Of a stretch of 64,000 nt of DNA, positions 10,238 through 20,109 are shown piece after piece. Where the stretch lies: positions 160,001-224,000 of the forward strand of contig JBFPLN010000001.1 in assembly GCA_051971635.1 (NCBI GenBank). Reading direction: 5' to 3'. A program made the position numbers and the translations under genes. Within the stretch, counting starts at the first letter, position 1, and every line of letters begins with the position of its first letter. This DNA comes from Candidatus Atelocyanobacterium thalassae. GTDB lineage: Bacteria > Cyanobacteriota > Cyanobacteriia > Cyanobacteriales > Microcystaceae. The notes under the pieces were generated by a model, which saw only the letters and a list, made by a program, of their open reading frames with translations, did not search any database and was not told where the DNA came from.

Positions 10238-10620
10238 GGTTCGGTGGTTCCCAATGATGAAAGTTCTAATCTTCTAGCATTGTTCCAAAAAGCTTCTAAA
10301 TTATAGAATTCTCGCTCCTCAGGTAGAAAGATATGAGTAATTACATCTCCAAAATCTTGTAAAATCCAATTACTGTTTCTTTTCCCTTCTGAGTGTTTAG
10401 GCGTTTCATTATATTCTTGATAAACTTTTTCTTCGATTGTTTGAGCTATAGCTTTTAGTTGAGTTTTCGAAAAACCAGTCACAATAACGAAATAGTCAGC
10501 TAAATAGCATATTTCTGTAACTTCTAGAATTAGAATATTACTTGCTTTCCTATCACTAGCCGCTAGTGCTATAGTTCTTGCAAGTTTTTGGTTTAGATAG
10601 ATTTTTGTGTCTTCAATCAC
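10234..10620 (-). CDS. rsfS: Ribosome silencing factor (Iojap)
   Basis: LADYFVIVTG, WILQDFGDVITHIF..EREFYNLEAFW. Confidence 0.93.
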   Translation of the reverse strand: MIEDTKIYLNQKLARTIALAASDRKASNILILEVTEICYLADYFVIVTGFSKTQLKAIAQTIEEKVYQEYNETPKHSEGKRNSNWILQDFGDVITHIFLPEEREFYNLEAFWNNARRLELSSLGTTEP

Positions 10621-10649
10621 TGTTAAACCATTAAATAGTTTTTGATAAA

Positions 10650-10982
10650 GTTATTAAAACTAATTATTTATTACCCGTAAACTATATTGTACAGATCTTT
10701 GTGAAAAATAACTAATTCAATATAAGTTAATTTTATATTAATGATGTAAAGCTTTCTGCAATAAAATTAAATACAATTCATATTTATCAACAACATATAT
10801 GTAATTTTTTATTACGTATTTATAATCGAATCAATATTGATTATTATTCATAATTCTTAAAAATATACAAACAATAGTCTTTATAACAGTTCTTTAATAC
10901 TTTATAGAGCAGCGCCATTCTTCTACACTGACGACAAGTATTTTAGTTAAATAATTGGTTGCTAGGAAAATTTGCGATTCAT
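10650..10982 (-). pseudogene. yqeK: YqeK HD-domain Ap4A hydrolase remnant
   Basis: Minus strand, in collinear order: ATG at 10982, LKYL.VSVE/MALL ~ LQHILGVEQMA, VIKNYI ~ AIxNHT, CI/NFIAESF ~ CIVFLADSL, NN*F* ~ RNWFL. Immediately upstream of rsfS (yqeK-rsfS synteny). Confidence 0.55.
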
Positions 10983-11011
10983 AAACAATTTGGACTATAA
11001 AACTCTTGATT

Positions 11012-14000
11012 TTATGTAAAGTTTAAACTTAATTGAATGTAATTAGATGATTGTTCTTTTGCCTCACATTTTAATTTGAATGAGCAATATTCTTCGAACC
11101 ACCATTCAGAGTTACCAGAAAGCTTTTGGTCCTTCAAAAGCCATTTTTCAAAAACCTGTTCTCTATTGTCACTAGGAGGAACTACTTGATAAACACGAAA
11201 TCTTTTTTTGCCTAATTTTTGACTTCCACAACTATTAATACTGAATCCTATTTTATCTAGTAATTTTCTTATAATTGTAATTGGGCTAGCATTATTTGCA
11301 ATACCAATTCCTATTATAGATTTAATATCTCGTTTGTTACTTATCGCTAAATGTGACATTTTTACTAAATCAGGATCAATATTAATTATTTTTCTATTTA
11401 TATTATGTAACAAAGTATGTATTCCTAAAACTTCTAATATTCCTATAGTTGCTCCTAATTGAGAACTATTGAAATCAGGTAAAAATATACTTCCTTCACC
11501 TTGTTCTATCATTTTTTGCGCTATCTTAGCATCTCTTTCTGCTAAATGAGTACGACCTTTTGTTAGAAAATAATGAATTCTTAATTTTTGGTACCATCCA
11601 TTATCATCTAGCATAACTAACTCTGGTGTAACAGGTATGGAATAAAGTGATTTTAGATTATATTTTCTTAATTTCCTTCGCTCCATAGCAGTCTTAACCA
11701 AAGATCTTTTTAAGACTTTATATTCCTCTTTAGTTAAATCTCCAGCTAGACTAATACTTTCAGATTCTAATTTATAGTTATTCTCTCTAATCTCTTCGAT
11801 AGCTTCTATTAAGCTATTCTTCTTAGGAGAAACATATAATTTTTTATTTTGAGACTTTCTCCTTTGAAGACTTTTATTCTCATTAGAAAATTCAACTTTA
11901 TGATTAGCTCTTTGAAGAAAATTAATTATTGTTTCTCGATACGTAATCATTTTTGTATTCATGCGTACTGCCATTTTCCCCCAACATAATAAGGACTCTC
12001 CTTGAAAACCTATATCTAGATCATCTAGGGACTCTAAATCAGACTGTTGCAAAAATCTAATATTTAAATTTGTTATTCGATGGCCTGAAGTTAGTAAGCC
12101 TGGAATTGATACTGAACCGTTACCTACTTTATTGAATCCATAAGAAGCAAGCCAGAGATAACGAGGAATGTTTTCCCTTATTCTCCCAAGTGATTGAATA
12201 ACAGATGTAGGATTTTGGATTCCTTGAGCTAAGCACCAGACAGAGCTAAAATGTCCTTTTATGTCAATACTAATTCCTGTTTCCAGAACAGGACTGGTGA
12301 TAACAATATCGTATTTAGTTAGTATCGAATCTAAATCATTAATACATTTATAGGCATTATGATTTGGATCTGCTAAAGATTCAGAATCAATGCGAAGAAT
12401 TTTGGTACTAGGAAATCGTTGTTGTAAATATAATTCCAAAGTCTGCGTACCCCATTTACTAGTCAATTTTTGGGCAGATAAACAAATATAAGGTTTACCT
12501 CCTTGTTGTATATGTTCTACTAAGTCTTTTAAAAATTTTCTAGGAGTATTTTCTATATAGTTGTAAGCTTTCCATGTACTTGAAGATTTAGGTATCCAGT
12601 TATTTCTAACTATATAAGGCTCTATAGGATATCCAGATAAGGCAGTTAAATACTCCACAGAAATATTACTAAGGTCAGCATCAGCAATAAATATCCTACC
12701 CTCTCCGCTCATAACTTTCTGTATTAAGCTTTTCAAACACTTGAGGATAGAGACTCGATTATTAGAACAGGTCTCAGAATTAAGACCATGCCAAAGTACT
12801 TGTTCAACTTCATCAATAATTATTAGTGCATCTTGCCAATCATGTGGATTAAAGTTTGCTTGTGATTTTTTGTGCAAAGAATCAATACATAGACCGTATC
12901 CTAAACATTCTGCCGAGTTGCTATCCTTACATTCTGTAATATATGACAGTCCAAAACGTTGACATAATTGCTCAACTAATTTGATACGGTGTCCAATTAC
13001 CAAAATTTTCTGTTTTTTTGCAATTGCTTTTTGAACAATTTTAGATAAAAACTTAGTTTTTCCTGTACCGATGCCAGACTTAATAGCAACTAGTCTTTTT
13101 GTTTCAGGTATTGATAGATTAGGGATATAGGGAGTATTAATTTCTAAATCAGAGTTAAGCGTTAAATTATTTAGTTCTTTTGCTTTCCAAGTTTCAATAG
13201 GAAAAGCTTGTTCATAACATCTATCAAAAGCGTTATTACCAGAATTTAATAAAAAGTCATCTACTCCCTTTCCATCTCTTAAATCCCAGGTAGTAACTTT
13301 AACTTGACATCCTAAAGAATTCATGAGAAATCCTAATTTTCTTACTGCTTTATTAACAGCTTTAACAGTGTTCGGTTTATTATCTTGATCAAAGGCAATA
13401 TAAACAGTTCTCCCTGTTACAACTAATTTATGTAATTGAGGAATTAAATAAGATTTTCCAATGCGATGACCAATCTCATTTTTTGGGGTACGGTAGCCAT
13501 TATTAATACCAGGAAGAGCAATCGCAACATAACCTGCAGTTAATAGTGCACCTGCTTTTTTTGCACCTTCTGTTATACAAAGTGGAATAGACTTATTATC
13601 GATTACCCATTGCCAAAATCCAAAATCTGATTGCGATTTATCAACTGTTTCCGGTTTAAATTCAATATCATACCTTTGAGCTATTCTTCGCCATAGATGT
13701 AATGGTACTCTTAAAGCAAAAATACCTGTTGGTGTCTTTGGAGGATGTTCATATCTAATTATTTTATTTTCATCATAGTTAAAACGTGGTTTGTCTGGTT
13801 TGAAGCATCCCCAAAGATCACTAGTTCCTGTCATAATGTCTATACCAGAACACCACCAACCTCCTTTCTCTACATGCTCATAACGCTTCAAGATAGAATT
13901 ACTCAATCTACCATCATTCCTTCTAGCAAGTTCATCAGAATATAGTAAATATTCTGATGGAGAAGTTCCTTTTAAAGTTTTTACGTTTAATTCAATCAAT

Positions 14001-14044
14001 TGCCTATCAACGCAACTGTTTAGCCATTCTTGTTCGTGTCCCAC
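11012..14044 (-). CDS. CyRepA1-family (DUF3854) primase/Toprim-helicase replication protein
   Basis: YEHPPK, ITEGAKKA, IAFDQD and GKGVDD Toprim-like motifs; KSGIGTGKT Walker A; IIIDEVEQV Walker B; TSPVLETGISID; GTG start with GGAG RBS. Confidence 0.85.
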   Translation of the reverse strand: MGHEQEWLNSCVDRQLIELNVKTLKGTSPSEYLLYSDELARRNDGRLSNSILKRYEHVEKGGWWCSGIDIMTGTSDLWGCFKPDKPRFNYDENKIIRYEHPPKTPTGIFALRVPLHLWRRIAQRYDIEFKPETVDKSQSDFGFWQWVIDNKSIPLCITEGAKKAGALLTAGYVAIALPGINNGYRTPKNEIGHRIGKSYLIPQLHKLVVTGRTVYIAFDQDNKPNTVKAVNKAVRKLGFLMNSLGCQVKVTTWDLRDGKGVDDFLLNSGNNAFDRCYEQAFPIETWKAKELNNLTLNSDLEINTPYIPNLSIPETKRLVAIKSGIGTGKTKFLSKIVQKAIAKKQKILVIGHRIKLVEQLCQRFGLSYITECKDSNSAECLGYGLCIDSLHKKSQANFNPHDWQDALIIIDEVEQVLWHGLNSETCSNNRVSILKCLKSLIQKVMSGEGRIFIADADLSNISVEYLTALSGYPIEPYIVRNNWIPKSSSTWKAYNYIENTPRKFLKDLVEHIQQGGKPYICLSAQKLTSKWGTQTLELYLQQRFPSTKILRIDSESLADPNHNAYKCINDLDSILTKYDIVITSPVLETGISIDIKGHFSSVWCLAQGIQNPTSVIQSLGRIRENIPRYLWLASYGFNKVGNGSVSIPGLLTSGHRITNLNIRFLQQSDLESLDDLDIGFQGESLLCWGKMAVRMNTKMITYRETIINFLQRANHKVEFSNENKSLQRRKSQNKKLYVSPKKNSLIEAIEEIRENNYKLESESISLAGDLTKEEYKVLKRSLVKTAMERRKLRKYNLKSLYSIPVTPELVMLDDNGWYQKLRIHYFLTKGRTHLAERDAKIAQKMIEQGEGSIFLPDFNSSQLGATIGILEVLGIHTLLHNINRKIINIDPDLVKMSHLAISNKRDIKSIIGIGIANNASPITIIRKLLDKIGFSINSCGSQKLGKKRFRVYQVVPPSDNREQVFEKWLLKDQKLSGNSEWWFEEYCSFKLKCEAKEQSSNYIQLSLNFT

Positions 14045-14173
14045 TCTTTTTTCTCCACTTTTAATGCCATAAAAGCATTATCTATCGTGTTAGGATCTAA
14101 ATCCTAAGGAAAAAAAACTAAATATGGAAGATACAAATAAACTACTATGCTAAAAGAATAATTTAAATATCTT

Positions 14174-14196
14174 AACTATAAGTTAAACTTATAGTT
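14174..14196. repeat. 23-bp palindrome upstream of the Rep gene
   Basis: AACTATAAGTT-A-AACTTATAGTT. Confidence 0.7.
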
Positions 14197-14622
14197 CCAA
14201 AATATAAAAACTTAAAGCAAATTTATGAACATATAGATATAGCTTTCTATTCAAAATCTTTTTAAATTTGATATAAGACTATGATCTTCTTACTCTTGAG
14301 AAAGAATAGTAAAGTTAAAATATTTATTATTTAAAATTAATCTGTATGTATGAATGATATTTCTCTTGATATCTAGAAGAGTGAAAAAAAAATCAGCATC
14401 TAACATATTGGTTTTATATTTAAATTCGAGAGTTAGTAAATATTCTTATACATTTCTTAAATTATCTAATTTTTTTGAAAATACAGTGTCATATTATCTT
14501 AAACTTATTTATCTAGTAATAAAACTTTAATCACAAAGAGCAACATTGCCTCTAAAATCAATGTCAGCATTGTTCATAGAATTTTACAAAACATATAAAA
14601 ATTAATTCTAGGAGGAAGATTT

Positions 14623-15660
14623 ATGATTATAGTCATGAAAAATAATTCTCGAATTGATGAAATTGAACACGTTAATAGGGAACTTGAAAATTGGGAATTG
14701 AATCCTAGAAAAATTATTAGTAAACATAAGACTATTGTTGGATTAACAGGAGAAGCTACTTCTCTTAGACCATCAGTAATTAAAGAAATTAACCCATGGA
14801 TTGAAAGTGTTTTGTTATTAGAACATCCTTTTAAGCGCGCAAGTCTAGAGTATTTCGGCGGAGAATATAGTGAAGTTATTGTTAACACTCCTAATGGAAT
14901 TATTCCAATCGGTAAAAATCATCCCATAGCCGTTGTAGCTGGTCCTTGCTCGGTCGAAGATAAAACTATGATTATTAAGACTGCTCAGCAAGTTAAGGCC
15001 TCGGGAGCTAAATTCTTAAGAGGCGGTGCATACAAGCCTCGCACTTCTCCATATGCTTTTCAAGGGTATGGAGAAAGTGCTCTGGAATTATTATCTATTG
15101 CCAAAGAAGAAACCGGTTTAGGTATCATAACGGAAGTTATGGATGCTAGTGATTTGGATAAAATTAAAGAAGTCGCTGATGTTATTCAAGTAGGAGCCAG
15201 AAATATGCAAAATTTTTCTTTGCTTAAAAAAGTTGGCTCTCAAGACAAGCCCGTTCTTCTTAAGCGAGGAATAGCGGCTACTATTAATGAATGGTTGATG
15301 GCTGCTGAATATATCTTAGCTGCTGGAAATCCTAATGTTATTCTTTGTGAGAGAGGAATTCGAACTTTTGATACTAAATATACACGCAATACTTTAGATT
15401 TATCTGCAATACCAGTTTTGCGCTCTCTAACTCATTTACCAATTATGGTTGATCCTAGTCATGGTACTGGACAAGCAGATTATGTTCCTTCTATGGCTGC
15501 TGCTGCAGTAGTAGCAGGAACAGATTCCTTAATGATTGAAGTACATCCGAATCCTGAAAAAGCTTTATCAGATGGAATTCAATCATTAACTCCAGTGGAA
15601 TTCGATAATCTTATGTATAAAATAATGATTATTGCCCAGACAGTTCATAAATTAAAATGA
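14623..15660 (+). CDS. aroF: DAHP synthase (class I-beta, N-terminal regulatory domain)
   Basis: AGPCSVE, RGGAYKPRTSPY, QVGARNMQN, LCERGIRTF, DPSHGTG. Confidence 0.93.
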   Translation: MIIVMKNNSRIDEIEHVNRELENWELNPRKIISKHKTIVGLTGEATSLRPSVIKEINPWIESVLLLEHPFKRASLEYFGGEYSEVIVNTPNGIIPIGKNHPIAVVAGPCSVEDKTMIIKTAQQVKASGAKFLRGGAYKPRTSPYAFQGYGESALELLSIAKEETGLGIITEVMDASDLDKIKEVADVIQVGARNMQNFSLLKKVGSQDKPVLLKRGIAATINEWLMAAEYILAAGNPNVILCERGIRTFDTKYTRNTLDLSAIPVLRSLTHLPIMVDPSHGTGQADYVPSMAAAAVVAGTDSLMIEVHPNPEKALSDGIQSLTPVEFDNLMYKIMIIAQTVHKLK

Positions 15661-15737
15661 TCAAATGCTTTTTTAATAAATTTATGCATCAGTATTTGCT
15701 ACAATTTCTTCATCTTTACTATTTTATTATTAACTAA

Positions 15738-16556
15738 ATGATTTGGCCATTTAAACTCAGAGCTAGTAAGCAAATTGCTCGTATTGAAGTTAAAGGAGTA
15801 ATAAATTCTGAAACCCGTAAGTTTTTATTAGAAGCATTGGAAACAGTAAAGCAAAAAAAATTTCCTGCTTTACTTTTACGTATTGACTCTCCAGGAGGAA
15901 CAGTTGGTGATTCCCAGGAAATTTATGAAGCCCTTAAGAGATTACAGAAAAAAGTTAAGATCGTAGCAACTTTTGGTAATATTTCAGCTTCTGGAGGAGT
16001 CTATATAAGTATGGGAGCACCATATATAATGTCTAATCCTGGGACTATTACTGGAAGTATCGGAGTTATTTTAAGAGGAAATAATTTTAAACAGTTATTA
16101 GATAAAATTGGAGTTTCTTTCCAAGTTGTTAAATCTGGACCCTATAAGGATATATTATCTTTTGATCGACAATTAACCACAGAAGAGGAAAAAATTCTTC
16201 AAGAGATGATTGATACTAGTTATCAGCAATTTATAGCTACCATATCTAAAGAACGTAATTTAGATATAAATAAAACGAAAAGCTTTGCTGATGGCCGTAT
16301 TTTTACAGGACAACAAGCACTAGAGCTAGGGATGGTGGATCGTCTAGGAAGTGAGGAAGATGCTCGACGCTGGGCTGCAGAGCTTGTTGGATTAGATCCA
16401 GAAAAAACCCCATGCTTTACTATTGAAGAACCAAAACCATTATTAAATCGTGTATTCTCTAAAGATAAAAGTCAGTCAAAATTTCTATTACTTAGTGATC
16501 GTATAGAATTTGAATTAAAAACTAGTGGACAGCTCTTATGGTTATATCATCCATAA
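15738..16556 (+). CDS. sppA: Signal peptide peptidase SppA (short type, S49)
   Basis: RIDSPGG, SASGGVY, TGSIGVI, KSGPYKD, DGRIFTGQQA. Confidence 0.92.
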   Translation: MIWPFKLRASKQIARIEVKGVINSETRKFLLEALETVKQKKFPALLLRIDSPGGTVGDSQEIYEALKRLQKKVKIVATFGNISASGGVYISMGAPYIMSNPGTITGSIGVILRGNNFKQLLDKIGVSFQVVKSGPYKDILSFDRQLTTEEEKILQEMIDTSYQQFIATISKERNLDINKTKSFADGRIFTGQQALELGMVDRLGSEEDARRWAAELVGLDPEKTPCFTIEEPKPLLNRVFSKDKSQSKFLLLSDRIEFELKTSGQLLWLYHP

Positions 16557-16599
16557 CTTATAATGCAATCAAGTTTATAAGGAATTAAATACTAAAAGC

Positions 16600-16805
16600 T
16601 AGTTTACAATAATAGGAATTATATTTTTAGGAAAATACTAAAAGTAATAATATGTAAGATATTAAACTAGATTTATAAAATAGAACGAAAAAAGAATAAA
16701 TCAAGTTTCAAAATAATACTATTACTAGTATTTACTAAGTAAATATAAACTATCAAGTTAATATTACTACTAATTAATATAAGAGCTATTATTCATATCA
16801 TAAAT
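16600..16805 (+). pseudogene. aroH: Possible chorismate mutase (aroH) remnant
   Basis: TIIG..ENT ~ AIRGATT..ENT; IERKKNK..IILLLVFT ~ LEQRNQ..IISVTFS; 16779-16799 IRAIIHI ~ CIRxLIHV; sppA-aroH synteny. Weak match in AT-rich sequence. Confidence 0.3.
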
Positions 16806-17149
16806 TTCTAATTTTTTCTTTAATTAGTAGAATGTGAACTAAAAACTAATATCAACATATCATAATCAGTAAATTTACTGATTTTTTTATTGAAAAACAA
16901 CAATATTTTCTGTAAATATAGAATGAAATTGTCATTTACGTTTTTTAATTAAACTATTATGAATAAATTACAGTTTTAATATAAGTTTACTCATTAACAT
17001 TTATAATTGCGTGAAAATATTATTTTTCTACTTTTCTAAGATGTTAAAATCATAAAGAATAATTACCCAATCTATAATATTAAATATTACAAATAAATTA
17101 TTTATGTCTAAAATAAAAGTTGAATAATAATTGTTTATTTGATGGTTCC

Positions 17150-17400
17150 TCTAGGGTTATTAATATATTAAAAAAAGTATATTTTACTTAATCTGTAAAA
17201 TTGAATATGTGACTAAATATAAATTTTATATTTAAGATTTTTTTATTGTATAAAATCTAAATTAATATTTATTAAACTTACTATAACTTATTAAATTAAC
17301 GAGTAAATAATTTAAAAAATCAAATGTCATCTTTTCCATGTAACTCTATTATCATAGTTCAAAACAAACTTCTTTTTACCAAATATAAACTAATAGTTAA
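17150..17400 (-). pseudogene. proC: Possible pyrroline-5-carboxylate reductase (proC) remnant
   Basis: Minus strand from 17230: YKIYI*SHIQ....SKIYFF*YINNP ~ YQVQVTSDNQ....SEVLLLAIKP; downstream of sepF (sepF-proC synteny). Weak. Confidence 0.25.
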
Positions 17401-17421
17401 ATTAAAAAAATTAATATTAGT

Positions 17422-17907
17422 TTACTGGGGGTTAGGACTAGAAGATAAAACATTTGGAATTTCTACTTCATTATTTATATCATCAGCAAAGTTACTAACT
17501 TTAAAGCAATTAGGCGTGAATAAAAAAATACTTTCACCAATACGTTCTTGATATCCTTCAATAGCGTAAGTTCCTCCGGCAACAAAATCTACAGCCCTTT
17601 GTCCTTCTTCTGATTCCATTGAATTCAGGTTAAGGACAACAGATTTTTGCTCCCGTAAAACTTGTATAACTTTAGGCATTTCATCAAATGATTTAGGTTC
17701 AACTACAACCACTTCAGCAATATTGCTGATTCTAGGCATTGAAACAACATTTGATTTTAACCAAGGATGTAGCTCGTTTTCACTAGAAATATCTTTTTTA
17801 TCTGATTCTTTCAACTCAAGATTAGAGTTTTCATTGACTTCCATATAATCGGAGTCATCATCAAAACATTCTGCCATAGACCAACGTTTTAATCTTTCTA
17901 AAATCAT
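17422..17907 (-). CDS. sepF: Cell division protein SepF
   Basis: [34 protein letters not shown]; likely ATG at 17907. Confidence 0.92.
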   Translation of the reverse strand: MILERLKRWSMAECFDDDSDYMEVNENSNLELKESDKKDISSENELHPWLKSNVVSMPRISNIAEVVVVEPKSFDEMPKVIQVLREQKSVVLNLNSMESEEGQRAVDFVAGGTYAIEGYQERIGESIFLFTPNCFKVSNFADDINNEVEIPNVLSSSPNPQ

Positions 17908-18346
17908 TGTATATCTCACTAGTTTGCAAGTATTTACGGAAAAGTGATTAAATACCAAAACGCTATTCAGTATCTTCTAAATCCAAAGAAAAATTCTCTC
18001 AACTTCTAGAACTTTTATACAATATTCTAAAATTTCTTTTTGATCTAGAATAAAAAACTATAGATTATGGTATCTAAAAGATCTTCTATGATTGTCGTCA
18101 TGATACTCTAATATGTTCCCGTTGTATTATAAGAACCATATTTGATTTTGTAAGGATTAATTTTTTTCTTTCCACATTTTTTTATCTACCACTTATTTAA
18201 GATAGGAAATATAAGCTATTACATAGAGAAATATCTTGTCATTTTGTTATTTAATGGGAATTAGACTGAAATTTATACCAAACATAAAATTTTAAATATA
18301 GTAAGATTTTAGTTTTTATAGTTATTAAAAAGTATTTTAGTTATGT

Positions 18347-19996
18347 TTATTTTAATCGTCCTGAACGTAAAATACTAATAATTAGCCATACTCCTAAGAT
18401 ACTTGCCGAAGCGAATAAAATACTGCTTATTATAGATAACTGTTGTGTTGAAGAACCAACAGAAATAATTGCAGCCCCCATTATTAAAGAACCTAAAACT
18501 ATACTAAACGAAAGTCTATTCGCTGAAGCATCAATACTACGTCGTAAAGGTTCTAATTCTCGCAATCTTATGTTCCAGTTAAAAGTCTCTGATGATAATC
18601 TATCCAGTAAAGTTTCTATTCGCTGTGGAGTCTTTAGATAAATAGATTTTAAATCTAAAATTGTTCTCAAACCAGTCTGCAGAGGTGTATCTCCGATTAA
18701 TTGACGATAAAATAAGTTAGTCATTAGTGGATTTATTTCGTCAAAAAGATTTATAGATGGATTAAATTGTCTTGCTGTACCTTCCAAATTACCTAAACAT
18801 TTCGCATATAGTCCTAAATTTCCTGGAATTATTAATTTATTTTTTCGTGCAATCTGTAATATTTCATACACTACTTCACTGAAGTTAAATTGAGAAAGAT
18901 TTAGGTTGTGATACTTTTTTAAAATTTTCTCGTAATCATTTTTTAATCTTGATATTCCATCTATCTTATCTGATTCTGATAGCTTAAATGTCAGCTGAGC
19001 ACATCCTTGAGCATCCAAGTCAAAAATTGCTAATAATAATTCTACTAATATTTTTTGAGTATGTGAATCAATTTTTCCTATCATTCCACAATCAATAATA
19101 GCTATCCTACCATCATTTAAATAAAATAAATTGCCGGGATGAGGATCTGCATGAAAGAATCCATCAACATAAATTTGTTGAAAGAAAGCTCTAAAAAGTA
19201 AGGTAGTAATTTCTTTTCTTCTTTCTTCAGTAGATTTAATAGATTTAGGTATATTTAAATCAGCCTCTAAGATAGGTCTTCCATGTAACCATTCTAAAAC
19301 TAAAACTTTTTCTGTTGTTATTTCCCAATATACTTTAGGTGTTAATATTTCATTAGAATTAAACCAGAGACTTGAAGATAAATTATTACGAATAGTATCT
19401 GTATAACTTGCTTCTTTCGTAAAGTCTAGTTCAGACTGAATAGCTTCGCAAAACTCATCAACAAGTTTTGGAATATCATAATTTTTCCCAAATTCTGTTA
19501 ATGAAACTAATTCAGCAATTCCTTTAATTAAATTAATGTCTTGTTGTACTATTTTGTCAATACTTGGACGTTGGACTTTAATAGCTACTTCTTCTCCATT
19601 AAGGAGAATCCCACGATGAATTTGTCCAATAGAACCGGCTGCAATAGGTCTCTTTTCAATATTACTAAATATAGCCTTTATAGGCTTTGATAGCTGCTGA
19701 TTTAAAACTATTTCAATCTCTTTCCAAGAAACTGAAGGAACATTAGACTGTAAAGCAGTTAAGGCCTTAATATAGCTAGGAGAAAGAATGTCAGGACGTG
19801 TACTTAACAGTTGTCCTAACTTTACATAAAAAGGACCTAACTCTATTAGTATATTTCTTAATACCTCTGGAGTAGGAATCTGAGGATTTTCTGTTTTACC
19901 AGCTGTTAATAATCCTCTCATATATTCCCAGCCATTACTGAGAATAACTTCAAGAATTTCTCGTTGACGAGCACTAGTTTGAGTCAAAGAAAACAT
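18347..19996 (-). CDS. ABC1/AarF/UbiB atypical kinase
   Basis: LGPFYVKLGQLLSTRPD, AAGSIGQIH, VAIKVQRP, FFHADPHPGN. Confidence 0.92.
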   Translation of the reverse strand: MFSLTQTSARQREILEVILSNGWEYMRGLLTAGKTENPQIPTPEVLRNILIELGPFYVKLGQLLSTRPDILSPSYIKALTALQSNVPSVSWKEIEIVLNQQLSKPIKAIFSNIEKRPIAAGSIGQIHRGILLNGEEVAIKVQRPSIDKIVQQDINLIKGIAELVSLTEFGKNYDIPKLVDEFCEAIQSELDFTKEASYTDTIRNNLSSSLWFNSNEILTPKVYWEITTEKVLVLEWLHGRPILEADLNIPKSIKSTEERRKEITTLLFRAFFQQIYVDGFFHADPHPGNLFYLNDGRIAIIDCGMIGKIDSHTQKILVELLLAIFDLDAQGCAQLTFKLSESDKIDGISRLKNDYEKILKKYHNLNLSQFNFSEVVYEILQIARKNKLIIPGNLGLYAKCLGNLEGTARQFNPSINLFDEINPLMTNLFYRQLIGDTPLQTGLRTILDLKSIYLKTPQRIETLLDRLSSETFNWNIRLRELEPLRRSIDASANRLSFSIVLGSLIMGAAIISVGSSTQQLSIISSILFASASILGVWLIISILRSGRLK

Positions 19997-20109
19997 AAAA
20001 TATTTATATGACTTTTTTATAAAAACAAAAAATTGAACATAGGAAATCTACATTGACTTAGTTAAAATGTTGACTAGTCTAGTCTATTAAAACAATAATA
20101 TTCAAATAT

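Noticed and set aside
17959..18346. Expected pipY/yggS remnant upstream of sepF
   Set aside because: No recognisable motif found
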